From an uncultured Planctomycetaceae bacterium (lineage in GTDB: Bacteria > Planctomycetota > Planctomycetia > Pirellulales > PALSA-1355), in the NCBI GenBank assembly GCA_963785305.1, contig CAWAUV010000009.1, positions 64,001-128,000 on the forward strand: 64,000 bases of DNA, written 5' to 3'. The translations under genes and the position numbers were made by a program. Of this stretch, positions 1 to 10,386 are shown piece by piece. The notes under the pieces are model-generated. The model was not told where the DNA came from. It worked only from the letters and a program-made list of their open reading frames with translations, and ran no database searches. Each line of letters starts with the position of its first letter. Position 1 is the first letter of the stretch.

Positions 1-2
1 TC

Positions 3-1088
3 AAGGCGGGCGAATCGGCGGTGGTCAACTTCGATCTGGCCGACGTGGCGGAAGCCGTGCTCGAACTGGTCGTGGCGCCGGGAGGCCAGTTGGCCATCGA
101 CGACCGGGCTTGGACCATCGCCCGGCCAAAGCGAAGCGCCCAGGCGCTGCTGGTCACGCCCGGCGACAAGCCGCTCGAGCAGGCGCTGGCGAGCGCGGGC
201 GAGGCGATCGACCTGCGGATCGTGAAGCCCGAGTTTCTCGACACCGAGGATTATCGGTCCGCGGCCGAGGCGGGGCGTTATGACTTCGTGGTCTATGAGC
301 TCTGCCACCCCGAGAAATCGCCCAATGCGAGCACGCTTTATATCGGCGATGTTCCGCCGGGGGGCGGTTGGTCGCTGGGCGAGCGAGTGGCGGCGCCGGA
401 GATCATCGACTTGAACGCCGCCGCCCCGATTATGCGGTATGTCGACATGGGCGATGTGATTTTCGCGGCGGCCCGGCCTATCACCCCTCCACCGGGCGCC
501 GCCACGCTCATGGAATCCAACGAAGGCATTCTATTTGCCGTGGCTCAGCGAGACCTTTGGCGCGACGCGGTGCTCGGCGCCCCGCTGATGGATGTGGGGG
601 CCGACGGGCAACTCGAGCGCAACACCGATTGGCCATTGCGGTTGAGCTTCGTGGTGATGCTGCGGAGCGCGCTCGACTTCTTGGGCGCCCGGCCCGAAGC
701 GGGGGGCGAGCAAGGGGTATCGCCGGGGCAAAGCGTGTCGCTCGAGGGGGCGAGCGAGGCGGTCGATGTGCGATCGCCCAGCGGCAAAGTCACGCATGTG
801 CGGCGCGACCGGCAAAATCAGTTGCGTTTTCCGGGTGGGGAGGAGCTCGGCGTGTATGAAGTTTTGGAAAAGGACTCGACGACATCACGATTTGCCGTCA
901 ATCTATTTAACTCGGCCGAAAGCGATATCCGCCCACGCATTCGACCGTTGCGGCTCGGCGCGAGCGAGGCGCCGGTCGAGGGCCGCGAAGAGGGCGCCCG
1001 CCGCGAGACCTGGCGGCCGCTCCTGCTACTGGCTCTAGGATTCTTAATTCTGGAGTGGTATATCTACAACCGTCGAGTATACGTCTAA
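3..1088 (+). CDS. VWA/BatA-associated membrane-anchored protein, C-terminal part (5' end outside window)
   Basis: Open from window start; ends with FAVNLFNSAESDI...ETWRPLLLLALGFLILEWYIYNRR, the C-terminal TM signature of BatA/VWA proteins of MoxR operons. Confidence 0.7.
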   Translation, partial: KAGESAVVNFDLADVAEAVLELVVAPGGQLAIDDRAWTIARPKRSAQALLVTPGDKPLEQALASAGEAIDLRIVKPEFLDTEDYRSAAEAGRYDFVVYELCHPEKSPNASTLYIGDVPPGGGWSLGERVAAPEIIDLNAAAPIMRYVDMGDVIFAAARPITPPPGAATLMESNEGILFAVAQRDLWRDAVLGAPLMDVGADGQLERNTDWPLRLSFVVMLRSALDFLGARPEAGGEQGVSPGQSVSLEGASEAVDVRSPSGKVTHVRRDRQNQLRFPGGEELGVYEVLEKDSTTSRFAVNLFNSAESDIRPRIRPLRLGASEAPVEGREEGARRETWRPLLLLALGFLILEWYIYNRRVYV

Positions 1089-1132
1089 CCATCACGAATC
1101 GGCGAAATGCTTGCTTCGCGGAGAACGGTTTG

Positions 1133-1885
1133 ATGATTCGCAACGCAGAGGCGCCACGCGTCAAGCGCCGTCCGAAGGATTCCAAAGCGTCGCATGTCAA
1201 ACGCAACAAAATCATCCATCGGCTGGTCGGCAACGACCTGATCCAGCGGGTGAGTTACGAGGAATATCGCGACAAAATTCGCGATATTTACGGCGGCCCC
1301 CAGGGGGCGATGCTGGCGGCCTGTAGCTTGGTTTCGCTGCATATTCCGCTGGGCGACAAGCTGCTGCGCAAGCGCAAGTTCGACCTTCGCGGCGTCACGC
1401 GAATCTTGGATGTCGGCAGCGGCGCCGGCCAACTCGCCACCCATGCCCTGAAATACGCCGACCCCGAGTGCGAAATCACCTGCTGCGATCTTTCGCACCA
1501 AATGCTCCGCCGCGCCCGAGCGAGGCTCAAGAACGACCGCCCGAGCTATGTGGCCGGCGATCTGACCCATCTGCCGTTTGCCGATGGCAGCTTCGATTGC
1601 CTGACTTGCGGCTATGTGCTCGAGCATGTGCCCGACCCGCGGGCCGGATTGGCCGAAATGGCCCGGGTGCTCACGCGCGGCGGCCGAATGTTGCTCTTGG
1701 CGACGGAAGACAGTTTCTGGGGCGCCTGGACGAGCCGGTTCTGGTGCTGCCGCACATACAATCGGGCGGAACTGTTTGGCATCTGCCAAGACCTGGGACT
1801 CGTGTGGCGCGATGAACTTTGGTTCACGCGCATGCACAAATTCTTCCGCGCCGGCGGAATTTGTGTCTCGATCGAAAAGGTGTGA
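1133..1885 (+). CDS. Class I SAM-dependent methyltransferase (UbiE-like)
   Basis: ILDVGSGAG motif I, DLSHQML, GDLTHLPFADGSFD, EMARVLTRGGR; ATG at 1133 after GGAGA. Confidence 0.85.
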   Translation: MIRNAEAPRVKRRPKDSKASHVKRNKIIHRLVGNDLIQRVSYEEYRDKIRDIYGGPQGAMLAACSLVSLHIPLGDKLLRKRKFDLRGVTRILDVGSGAGQLATHALKYADPECEITCCDLSHQMLRRARARLKNDRPSYVAGDLTHLPFADGSFDCLTCGYVLEHVPDPRAGLAEMARVLTRGGRMLLLATEDSFWGAWTSRFWCCRTYNRAELFGICQDLGLVWRDELWFTRMHKFFRAGGICVSIEKV

Positions 1886-2089
1886 TCCCGCCGTGACCCC
1901 GGCCGCGGAACGAGAGCGATCCGTGCACTTTTTTGCCAAGATACTCATCTAGATCGCGGTTCTGGCCGCCTTCGCGGCAATTTGCGTCGAGCTCGCGGCG
2001 GCATGCTTGCTTCCGGCCGCTGGGCGACGATGGCGCCAAAAGTGACGGGGCTGGCACGGTTGCTTCCTCGCAAAACTTTGCTTTTTCAG

Positions 2090-2118
2090 TTGCAAGTCCC
2101 GCGCGCCGCCCGTACAAT
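2090..2118 (+). promoter_or_regulatory. sigma70-like promoter of the feo operon
   Basis: TTGCAA (2090-2095), 17 bp spacer, TACAAT (2113-2118). Confidence 0.6.
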
Positions 2119-2130
2119 CGGTCAGCCATC

Positions 2131-2145
2131 TGAGATTGAGTCTCA
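2131..2145. promoter_or_regulatory. Fur-box-like 7-1-7 inverted repeat
   Basis: TGAGATT-G-AGTCTCA just downstream of the feo promoter; resembles the Fur 7-1-7 box TGATAAT-N-ATTATCA. Confidence 0.55.
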
Positions 2146-2260
2146 TTGTGAATAGGCTAGCCGGTTTCGATCCCAGACCGCTTCGCCGAGTGGTCGCGGT
2201 TGTTTGGCCGGCGCCGTTTTCAGCAGCGGTTCGTCGATCACCCCAGCAAGAGTCTCGCCC

Positions 2261-2494
2261 ATGGTCGATTGGATTCCCATGCAAATGCTGCCGCCGGGCC
2301 AATCCGGCGCGGTGCGGCAAGTGTTTGGAGCGCCCGAGGCGGTGCATCGCTTCGAGGAGTTGGGCCTGCGATTTGGGGCCACGGTTGAAATGGTGCGACT
2401 CGGAAGCCCCTGCATCATTCGGTTGGCGGCGCGAGAATTATGTTTTCGCTCCGACGAAGTCAAAGTGCTGGTGCAAATGGGAGCGGCCTCGTGA
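2261..2494 (+). CDS. feoA: Ferrous iron transport protein A
   Basis: RFEELGLRFGATVEMVRLGSPCII FeoA pattern; upstream of feoB. Confidence 0.85.
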   Translation: MVDWIPMQMLPPGQSGAVRQVFGAPEAVHRFEELGLRFGATVEMVRLGSPCIIRLAARELCFRSDEVKVLVQMGAAS

Positions 2495-2733
2495 CGCTGC
2501 TTGCCGAGGCGCTGATCGGTTCGGTCGGCCGCGTGGTCCAAGTCCTGGGCAACGACGATGTGAGCCTGCGGCTCTTGGAAATGGGGGTCACGCCCGGGGC
2601 CGAAGTGCGCGTCGTCGGGGCGGCGCCGCTGGGCGATCCGCTCGAGATCGAAATTCGCGGCTACCGCCTTTCACTCCGCCGCACGGAAGCCGGCCGCGTT
2701 GCAATCGAGTCTCAATCTCCGGCCGCTCGTTAG
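2491..2733 (+). CDS. feoA: Ferrous iron transport protein A (second copy)
   Basis: LRLLEMGVTPGAEVRVVGAAPLGDPLEIEIRGYRLSLRR; GTGA overlap with the preceding gene. Confidence 0.9.
   Translation: MTLLAEALIGSVGRVVQVLGNDDVSLRLLEMGVTPGAEVRVVGAAPLGDPLEIEIRGYRLSLRRTEAGRVAIESQSPAAR
2700..2714. promoter_or_regulatory. Second, degenerate Fur-like box upstream of feoB
   Basis: TGCAATC-G-AGTCTCA shares its right half with the box at 2131. Confidence 0.35.
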
Positions 2734-2842
2734 CGTCGTGTTCGATGATGCACGTATTCGCCCTTTTTCGCGATTTATTGCTTTTCGACCCACCGCCGCA
2801 TCGAATCCTCGCTCGGGCCCCGGGCCCCTGCGATTTTTTGCC

Positions 2843-5151
2843 ATGAACCAAGCAGCCTCCGAGTCGCCGTGCTGCGTGGCGCTGGTCGGGAACCCGAACA
2901 CCGGCAAATCAACGTTGTTCGGCGCCTTGAGCGGAGTGCGGCAGCGCACTGGCAACTATCCCGGGGTAACGGTCGAAAAAAAGATCGGTCACGCCACGAT
3001 CGAGAGCCGGCGATTCGAATTCATCGACCTACCCGGCTCCTATAGCCTCGCGCCCCGGTCGCTCGATGAAATGGTGGCGGTCGAGGTGCTGCTTGGCCGG
3101 CAAGCCGATTCTCGCCCGGTGGATTGCGTGCTGAGCGTGGTCGACGCCAGCAATCTCGAGCGGAATCTTTATCTGGTCAGCCAAACACTGGCGCTCGGTA
3201 AGCCGGTGGTGGTGGCGCTCAACATGGTCGACGTGGCCGAGAGCCGCGGGGTGCGGGTCGATGTCGAAAAGCTCTCGGCTCGGCTCGGAACGCCGGTTGT
3301 CGCCATTCAGGCCAATAGTCGCCGCGGCTTGGATGCGCTGCGGCAAGCGCTGCTGGAAGCCGCGACCCAGGGCAAGCGTCCGGCGGCGTGCGATCCCTTC
3401 CCCACGGCATTTCGCCAGGAAGTCGATGCGCTCGAGCGGTCGCTGCAAACCATGCCGCTCGGCGAGGCCGCGGCGGAGTTTATCCAGTCCAACGGCGATC
3501 CCGCGAATTCAAAAAGCGATCCCGCTTTACACGGCCCCTTGCCTCGATATCTGGTCGAGCGGCTGCTGCTCGACACGTCGAATTACCTTCAAGAACATCT
3601 CGTTCAATGGCCGGCGCGAGCAACTCACGCCGCTGCTCGATGCGGCGCGGCAGCGCTTGGCGGCGGCCGGAGCGCCAGTTCCGGCGGTCGAGGCCATGGC
3701 CCGCTACGAATGGCTGGCTTCTGTGCTCGAGGGCGTGGTGACGCGTCCCTCGACTGCGCCGCGTGACGGCGACCGACCGGATCGATCGCGTGCTCACGCA
3801 TCGAGTGTGGGGTTTGCTGTTTTTCATGCTGATGATGCTGATCGTGTTCACGAGCGTGTTCGTGGTGGCCCAGCCGGCGATGGACGCAATCAGCGACACG
3901 GTCGACGCGCTGGCCGGTCTCTGCGCCGAGGCGCTGCCCGAGGGCATGCTCCGCTCGCTGGTGGTGAAGGGAATTTTGGGCGGCGTGGGCGGAGTGCTGG
4001 TGTTTTTGCCGCAGATTCTGATTTTGTTCTTCTTCATCGCCGTGCTCGAGGATTGCGGCTACATGGCCCGCGCCGCGTATCTGATGGATCGATTGATGAC
4101 GCCGCTGGGGCTGAGCGGAAAGTCGTTTATTCCGCTGCTCTCTTCGTTTGCTTGCGCGGTGCCGGGAATCATGGCCACGCGGGTGCTCGAGAATCGCCGC
4201 GATCGGATCACCACGATCCTTGTCGCTCCGCTGATGAGTTGCAGTGCCCGGCTGCCGGTGTATCTGATTCTGATCGAAGCGTTCATTCCCGAGCGTTCGT
4301 GGCTGTTTGGCCTCGTGCGGCTGCATGGGCTCACGCTGATGGGCATGTATTTGGTGGGCATCGTGGTCGCGGCCGGAGTGTCGCTGGCGCTGAAGCGCAC
4401 TTTGCTGCGCGGTCCAACGCCGCCCTTCGTGTTGGAGCTGCCGACCTACAAACTGCCCGAGGCGCGGCATGTGTTGTACCGGATGTTCGAGCGCGGCTGG
4501 CTGTTCGTGCATCGAGCAGGCACGACGATTCTCGCGGTGACGATCCTGGTGTGGGCCGCGGGCTATTTTCCCCACGACAGCGCCGCGATCGAAGCGCCCT
4601 TCGCCGAGCGCATCGCCGCGCTCGATGCCCGCGCGGCCGAGGCGCCGGCCAATGACGCCAAGACCCAGGACCAGATCGCCCATGCGCGGGCCGAGATCAA
4701 CAATCAAATCGCCGCCGAATATCAGCGTCAGAGCTACCTGGGTCGCATGGGTCATTGGATCGAGCCGGCGGTCCGCCCGCTGGGCTGGGACTGGCGAATC
4801 GGCTCGGCCGTGATCGCGTCGTTTCCGGCCCGCGAGGTGGTGGTGGGCGTGCTCGGCGTGATTTACGATCTGGGCGAAAGCCTCAAGGCGGAGTCCGAGG
4901 GCGATCGCGGGAAGCTCGTCGCCCAGTTGCGCAATGCCCGCTGGGACCAGACCGGGCTACCGGTCTACAATGTGCCGGTGGCGCTATCGATCATGGTGTT
5001 TTTCGCGCTCTGCTGCCAATGCGCGTCGACCCTGGCGGTAATACGCCGCGAGACGAATAGCTGGACCTGGCCGGCGTTTAGCTTCGGCTACATGACGCTC
5101 CTGGCCTATCTGGCGGCGCTGGCCGTTTATCAAATCGGCTCACGCTTGTAA
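2843..5151 (+). CDS. feoB: Ferrous iron transport protein B, split by two apparent frameshifts (about 3610 and 3760)
   Basis: G-domain GNPNTGKS, NYPGVTVE, DLPG, NMVD in one frame; a bridging segment in a second frame; membrane domain LEDCGYMARAAYLMD, SSFACAVP, MSCSARLPVY in a third. Confidence 0.9.
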
Positions 5152-5539
5152 GGGCCCCTGGAAGGTAATCGTAAGGGCGGTATTTCATGGGGCCCGCGGC
5201 TCAATCCCCCCTTCGGCGTTGGGCCGTGCGCTCGGTGAGAGCGCTTGTCGTGGTTATGCCGGTGAGATAGAGTTTCTCCCACGAGGCGCGCGGCGCCGCA
5301 TTATTGCCCTGGGCAAACGCGAATCCCCTCGCGGTGGCGGTGGTCAAACGCGGTTTTCGGGCTCGCCCACCAACCGGATTGGGGGAGTCGGATCGCCAGG
5401 CAAGAGTCGCTCGGCGTAGGGTATAATTTCCAGGCCGCGTCGAGTCGGCGGAGGCGAAACATGGGGGCGAGGTGTTCGGCGCGCGAGTCCGAACGGGTTT
5501 CGATAGATCGAGTCGGAGGCGGGCTGAAAGGCTTGGGGC

Positions 5540-6204
5540 ATGACACGCATCATTCAAGGGGTGGTCGATTTTCAGAAAAAAGTCTTCGGCCCGATGCAGG
5601 AGTTGTTCGAGGATTTAAAGGGCGGCCAACAACCGCTCGCGCTATTCATCACCTGTAGCGACTCGCGGATTAATCCTAATCTGCTGACGCAAACCAATCC
5701 GGGCGAGCTGTTTGTATTGCGCAATGCCGGCAACATCATTCCCCCGCCGGGCTCGACCACCGGTGGCGAAGCGGCCACGATTCAATACGCCGTCGAGCGT
5801 TTGAATGTGCGCGACATTATCTTGTGTGGCCATTCGCAGTGCGGCGCCATGCAAGGACTGCTCGCGCCCGAGGCGGTGGCCGATCTGCCCGGCGTGGTCG
5901 AGTGGCTGCGAATTGCGGATCCGGCGCTGGCCCGCGCAAGGCGGCGATGCCCGAGGCGTCTCCGGCCCAGTTGCTCTCGGCGGTGATCGAGCAAAACGTG
6001 CTTTTGCAAGCCGAGCATTTGGCAAGCTATCCGGAAGTGAGCGGTCGCGTGGCCAAGGGCGAAATGCGATTGCATTCGTGGATTTATCATTTTGAAAATG
6101 GATCGGTCACCGCTTACGACCCGAGCGAGCAGCGCTTCGCGCCGCTGGCCGAAGCGACGCGCGGCAAATTCTTGCCGCCGATAAATGACTCGGACAAAGC
6201 GTGA
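5540..6204 (+). CDS. Beta-class carbonic anhydrase (frameshift near 5937)
   Basis: CSDSR, GELFVLRNAGN and GHSQCG zinc ligands; C-terminus EQNVLLQAEHLASYP...LHSWIY continues in another frame. Confidence 0.9.
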
Positions 6205-6228
6205 AGACGCCTTTCCTGCGAGCTGCGC

Positions 6229-9036
6229 ATGCCTGCGGACCCCGCGAGCGAAGCCTGTTTCGGCGCCAATGAAGTTCGCGCGCTCCAGAGCGGCGAGTTG
6301 CATCCCGAGCGGCGCGAAAAGCTGCTGCGCCACGCCGCCCTGTGCGAGCCTTGCCGCAAGCAATTGGCCGAAGCCGGCCTAGGGAAAACCAACGCGAACA
6401 CGCTCGGCGCAATCGCGGGAGCGAACACCGGCGGCTTTCAAACCGCCGCGGCGCCATCGGCCTCGACGCCATCGGCCACGCATCGAACCCCGAATCGCGA
6501 GCACGACTCCCCCGCTGATTCGCCAGCGCCCATCGAATCGCCCGCCTCCCACGGGCGGTCGACACCGGTTCACTTGGCGCCCACGGTCGATGCGCCCTCG
6601 AGCCCCGCGGCCGGTCGCGACGATCGGATGTATCCGTTTCTCGATCCGCCCGAGCGCCAGGGCGAGCTCGGCCGCTTGGGCGGTTATCGCATTCTTCGCG
6701 TGCTCGGCCAGGGCGGCATGGGAATCGTGTTCGAGGCGAGCGACGACTTGCTCGGGCGCCGGGTGGCGATCAAAGTGCTGCGTCAAGAAGAGACCGACGA
6801 ATCGCACACGCGCCGCTTTTTGCAGGAGGCGCGGCTCGCCGCCTCGCTGCCGCACGACCGGATTGTCACGATCCACCAGGTCGGTCAACAACCTTGTCCT
6901 TATATCGTGATGGAACTGCTCGAAGGCGAAACGCTCGACGATCGCCTGACACGCGAGGGCCGCTTGCCTCTGGCCGAGACATTACGGATTTCCCGCGAAG
7001 TGGCCGAAGGGCTCGAGGTGGCCCATGCCAAGCGGCTGGTGCATCGCGATATCAAGCCGGCCAATGTGTTCTTGGAAAATGCCCAGGGCGGCCCGACTGG
7101 CGGGCGCGTGAAGGTGCTCGACTTCGGCGTGGCGCGGCCGATCGTGTCGAGCGAGAATCTCACGATGCAAGGTCGCGTGGTCGGCACTCCGGGCTATATG
7201 AGTCCCGAGCAGGCGTGCGGCTTCTCGGCCGATGGCCGCTCCGATCTGTTTGCCCTGGGCTGCCTGATGTATGCGATGCTCGATGGCGCCACGCCCTTCG
7301 ACCGCACTTCGGACATCGCCACGCTGCATGCGGTGGTGCGCGACGAGCCGCCGAGCATTCGCGAGAAACATCCCGATGTGCCGGCGGCGGTGGCCAAGCT
7401 GGTCGATAGCCTCCTGGCCAAGAGCCCGCTCGATCGGCCGGCCGACGCGCGGAGCGTGGTCGAGGCGATCGAGCTGATCGAACGTCAAGCCGGTCCGGCG
7501 CCGGCGGGACGGCAAAACTCGCCCCGCTCGCACATGCGAATGGCGTGGTCCCGCAAAAAAAAGTTTGGCTGGAGCGCCGCGAGCGGAGTGGCGACCATTG
7601 CCCTCGCGCTACTGGTCGGGCTCTGGTATCAATGGCACGATTTCAAAAGCACGGTCGCGGGCTCCTCGGCCGATCCGACCGGCGTTCCGGGCGAGCCGGT
7701 CGTGCTCGCGCCAGCCGAAGGCGGCGCCGCGTCGGGCACGCCGGCGAATCCGACGCCCGCCGCTTCGGTTCCCGGCGCATCGACATTCGCGGGCCCATCG
7801 TCCACCGGCCCGACAGCCGCGGCGCCGAAACCGGGCCTGCCGCCGATCAAGATCGGCATCTTGCTCTCGCTCTCGGGCGTGATGCGCGCGAGCGAGCGCC
7901 CGTTGCTCGACGCAATGTTGCTCGCGGTCGAGGAGATCAACGCGGCGGGCGGGCTCTTGGGCGGGCGAGCCGTCGAGCCGCTGTGGCGCGATGGTCAATC
8001 GCGCGACGCCAAATTCGCCGCCGAGGCCCAGGACCTCGTCGAGCACGAACAGGTCGTCACTCTCTTCGGCTGCTGGCGTTCGCCCTCGCGCAAAATGGTG
8101 GAAGCCGTCTGCCGGGCTCACGACAATCTGCTCGTGTTTCCACTGACCTACGAAGGGCTCGAGGAATCGCCCTATGTGATCTATATGGGCGGTGCGCCAA
8201 ATCAACAACTGCTGCCCGCCGCCAAGTTTGCTTATGCCCACTTGGGCAAGCGAAAGTTCTTCCTCGTCGGCGCCGAAGGCATTTATTCCCATGCTTCCCA
8301 TGAAATCCTGCGCGACGAGCTCACTTCGCTCGGTGGCGAGGTCGTGGGCGACGAGCATGTGAGCCTCGGAAGCACCCACTTCATGCCCGTGGCCGAACGG
8401 ATCAAAGCCACGGGCGCCGATTGCGTGATGTGTACCGTGAGCGGCTCCGGCAACTTCGCGTTGTTTCATTGCCTCGACGCCGCTGGAATCACCATGCCGC
8501 AAGTGGCCGTGATTTCGTTTCGCTTGACCGAAGACGATCTGCGCGGCTTGGCCCAAGAGCATATCGTGGGCGCGTATGCCGCTTGGAGCTATTTTCAAAG
8601 CGGCTCGATCGAAGCCAACCAGCAATTTATTCGGCGGTTTCGCGATCGCTACGGGCCCGACCGCGTGGTGAACGATCCGATGGAAGCGGCCTACAACGGA
8701 GTGCGACTTTGGGCCGAAGCGGTCACGGCGGCGCGCTCGGACAAAACGCCCGAGATCCGTCGCGCGTTTGTCGCGCAGCGCCGCGAGGCGCCCGAGGGTC
8801 TGGTGACGCTCTCGGCGAGCAATCGCCACGCGGCCCGCCTGGCGCTGATTGGGCAGGTCGACGAATCGCTTGAATTCGATGTGGTGTGGAACAGCCCGAA
8901 ACCGATTCCGCCCGAGCCGTTTCCGAGCTCGCGCACTCGGGCCCAGTGGGAAGCATGGCTCGAACAGTTCGAGAGCCGCAAATTCCCGGCCGAAAGCGCC
9001 GACGACCCCAACCCGCGTGAAAGCCTGGCGCCGTGA
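6229..9036 (+). CDS. Membrane Ser/Thr kinase with N-terminal HxxxCxxC motif and C-terminal UrtA/AmiC-type substrate-binding domain
   Basis: HAALCEPC; LGQGGMG, VAIK, HRDIKPAN, DFG, GTPGYMSPE; TM helix; IKIGILLSLSG..SE..AVEEINAAGGLLG, FGCWRSPSRK, YEGLEESP, GGAPNQQ. Confidence 0.9.
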   Translation: MPADPASEACFGANEVRALQSGELHPERREKLLRHAALCEPCRKQLAEAGLGKTNANTLGAIAGANTGGFQTAAAPSASTPSATHRTPNREHDSPADSPAPIESPASHGRSTPVHLAPTVDAPSSPAAGRDDRMYPFLDPPERQGELGRLGGYRILRVLGQGGMGIVFEASDDLLGRRVAIKVLRQEETDESHTRRFLQEARLAASLPHDRIVTIHQVGQQPCPYIVMELLEGETLDDRLTREGRLPLAETLRISREVAEGLEVAHAKRLVHRDIKPANVFLENAQGGPTGGRVKVLDFGVARPIVSSENLTMQGRVVGTPGYMSPEQACGFSADGRSDLFALGCLMYAMLDGATPFDRTSDIATLHAVVRDEPPSIREKHPDVPAAVAKLVDSLLAKSPLDRPADARSVVEAIELIERQAGPAPAGRQNSPRSHMRMAWSRKKKFGWSAASGVATIALALLVGLWYQWHDFKSTVAGSSADPTGVPGEPVVLAPAEGGAASGTPANPTPAASVPGASTFAGPSSTGPTAAAPKPGLPPIKIGILLSLSGVMRASERPLLDAMLLAVEEINAAGGLLGGRAVEPLWRDGQSRDAKFAAEAQDLVEHEQVVTLFGCWRSPSRKMVEAVCRAHDNLLVFPLTYEGLEESPYVIYMGGAPNQQLLPAAKFAYAHLGKRKFFLVGAEGIYSHASHEILRDELTSLGGEVVGDEHVSLGSTHFMPVAERIKATGADCVMCTVSGSGNFALFHCLDAAGITMPQVAVISFRLTEDDLRGLAQEHIVGAYAAWSYFQSGSIEANQQFIRRFRDRYGPDRVVNDPMEAAYNGVRLWAEAVTAARSDKTPEIRRAFVAQRREAPEGLVTLSASNRHAARLALIGQVDESLEFDVVWNSPKPIPPEPFPSSRTRAQWEAWLEQFESRKFPAESADDPNPRESLAP

Positions 9037-9986
9037 TCGAATATTCGCGAAAAAGCTGGTGGCGCGTGACGCTCTCGCTCCACGGCACGGTGCTCCCGAA
9101 TGTGCTCGGGCGCGTTGGGCTTTTGACCGGCTTTAGTCTCGCGCTGTGCGTGCTCAACGACCGCGTGCTCGAACACTACGGCTACGCGTTGCCGGCCCTC
9201 GACCAATTGGGCCACACGGTGCTCGGCGTGGCGCTGGGCATGCTCATTTCCTCTCGCACCACGGCCTCGATCAATCGCTACTGGGAAGGCCGGCAATGCT
9301 GGGGAGCGATCGTCAACGCCTCGCGCAATCTCGCGCGGCTGGGCGCGATGTATGCTCCGCCGGCCGAAGAGCTCGCCGGCTTGATTTCCGCTTATTGCAT
9401 TTTGGTGCGAGATAACCTGCGCCGCTCGAGCCGCTCCGCCCCCGCGAGCCAGAGCGACCCCCGCTTGAATAGCCCGAACGCGCCCCGATGGAACGGCGCG
9501 GGCTGGGCGGGCGAAATCGAGAAGTTCGTCTCGCTGCCGGTGGCCGAGCGCGTGCTCGCCGCGGCGAGTCCACCGACGATGCTCGCGAAGTCGATCAGCG
9601 CCTGGATCAACGCCCGGCGCCGCGCCGGCGCGCTTGATTCGATCCAAGCAATGACGCTCGAAGGGGAGCTCAATCGGCTGGTCGACAATCAGGGCGGCTG
9701 CGAACGCATTCAAAAGACGCCGCTGCCGTTCGTATACGCCGCGCTCATCAAGCAAGTGCTGATGCTCTATCTCTTCACGCTGCCCTTGGTGCTGGTGGCC
9801 AAGATGGGCTTCGCCGCGCCGCTGGTGGTGGCGGTGGTGGCGCTGGGCATGCTGGGCATCGAAGAAGCGGGCGTCGAAGTCGAAGACCCCTTCGGCACGG
9901 AGCCGAACAGCCTGCCGCTCGAAGACATCTGCGCCACGATCGCCCGCGATGCCCAAGCCCTGGCGACCCCGGAGCGGGGAGCCTAA
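9033..9986 (+). CDS. Bestrophin-family ion channel
   Basis: RTTASINRYWEGRQCWGAIVN, GGCERIQKTPLPFVY, GIEEAGVEVEDPFG; GTGA overlap with the kinase. Confidence 0.9.
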   Translation: MIEYSRKSWWRVTLSLHGTVLPNVLGRVGLLTGFSLALCVLNDRVLEHYGYALPALDQLGHTVLGVALGMLISSRTTASINRYWEGRQCWGAIVNASRNLARLGAMYAPPAEELAGLISAYCILVRDNLRRSSRSAPASQSDPRLNSPNAPRWNGAGWAGEIEKFVSLPVAERVLAAASPPTMLAKSISAWINARRRAGALDSIQAMTLEGELNRLVDNQGGCERIQKTPLPFVYAALIKQVLMLYLFTLPLVLVAKMGFAAPLVVAVVALGMLGIEEAGVEVEDPFGTEPNSLPLEDICATIARDAQALATPERGA

Positions 9987-10011
9987 CTGCTAGGATTGTG
10001 CGCGGATATCC

Positions 10012-10386
10012 ATGAACACACCGAATGCGATCATCGTGTTTCTGCTTGGCGTAATCGCCGTTGCGGCCGGCGCACCCGCGATCCGCCTCGAACTTGGGGC
10101 TGCGTGGTCGTTGATTTATGCTTGCATAACGACGGGCACGGTACATTTGCTAATTACAAGGGATTTCGTATGTAATCCGGCGCCGGGCCCATGCGCGAGA
10201 ATAATATTTCGAGTGATCGACGCGCTATGGGTAGGGGCCATTTTCGGCGCCGTCATCTGGATCGCCAACCTTCTCCCAGGCGGAGAAGGATTTAGTGGCG
10301 CTGGTCGGCGGCGGGGCGGGTGGCTTGAAGGTCGTCGGAGAGGCCGAAGGCGAGGAGGAATTGGTCGGTGCGATCGGTCTTATTGA
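10012..10386 (+). CDS. Small hydrophobic membrane protein (3' end uncertain, overlaps the convergent gene)
   Basis: Three hydrophobic segments, lower GC; the tail overlapping the opposite-strand gene may be an indel artefact. Confidence 0.4.
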   Translation: MNTPNAIIVFLLGVIAVAAGAPAIRLELGAAWSLIYACITTGTVHLLITRDFVCNPAPGPCARIIFRVIDALWVGAIFGAVIWIANLLPGGEGFSGAGRRRGGWLEGRRRGRRRGGIGRCDRSY

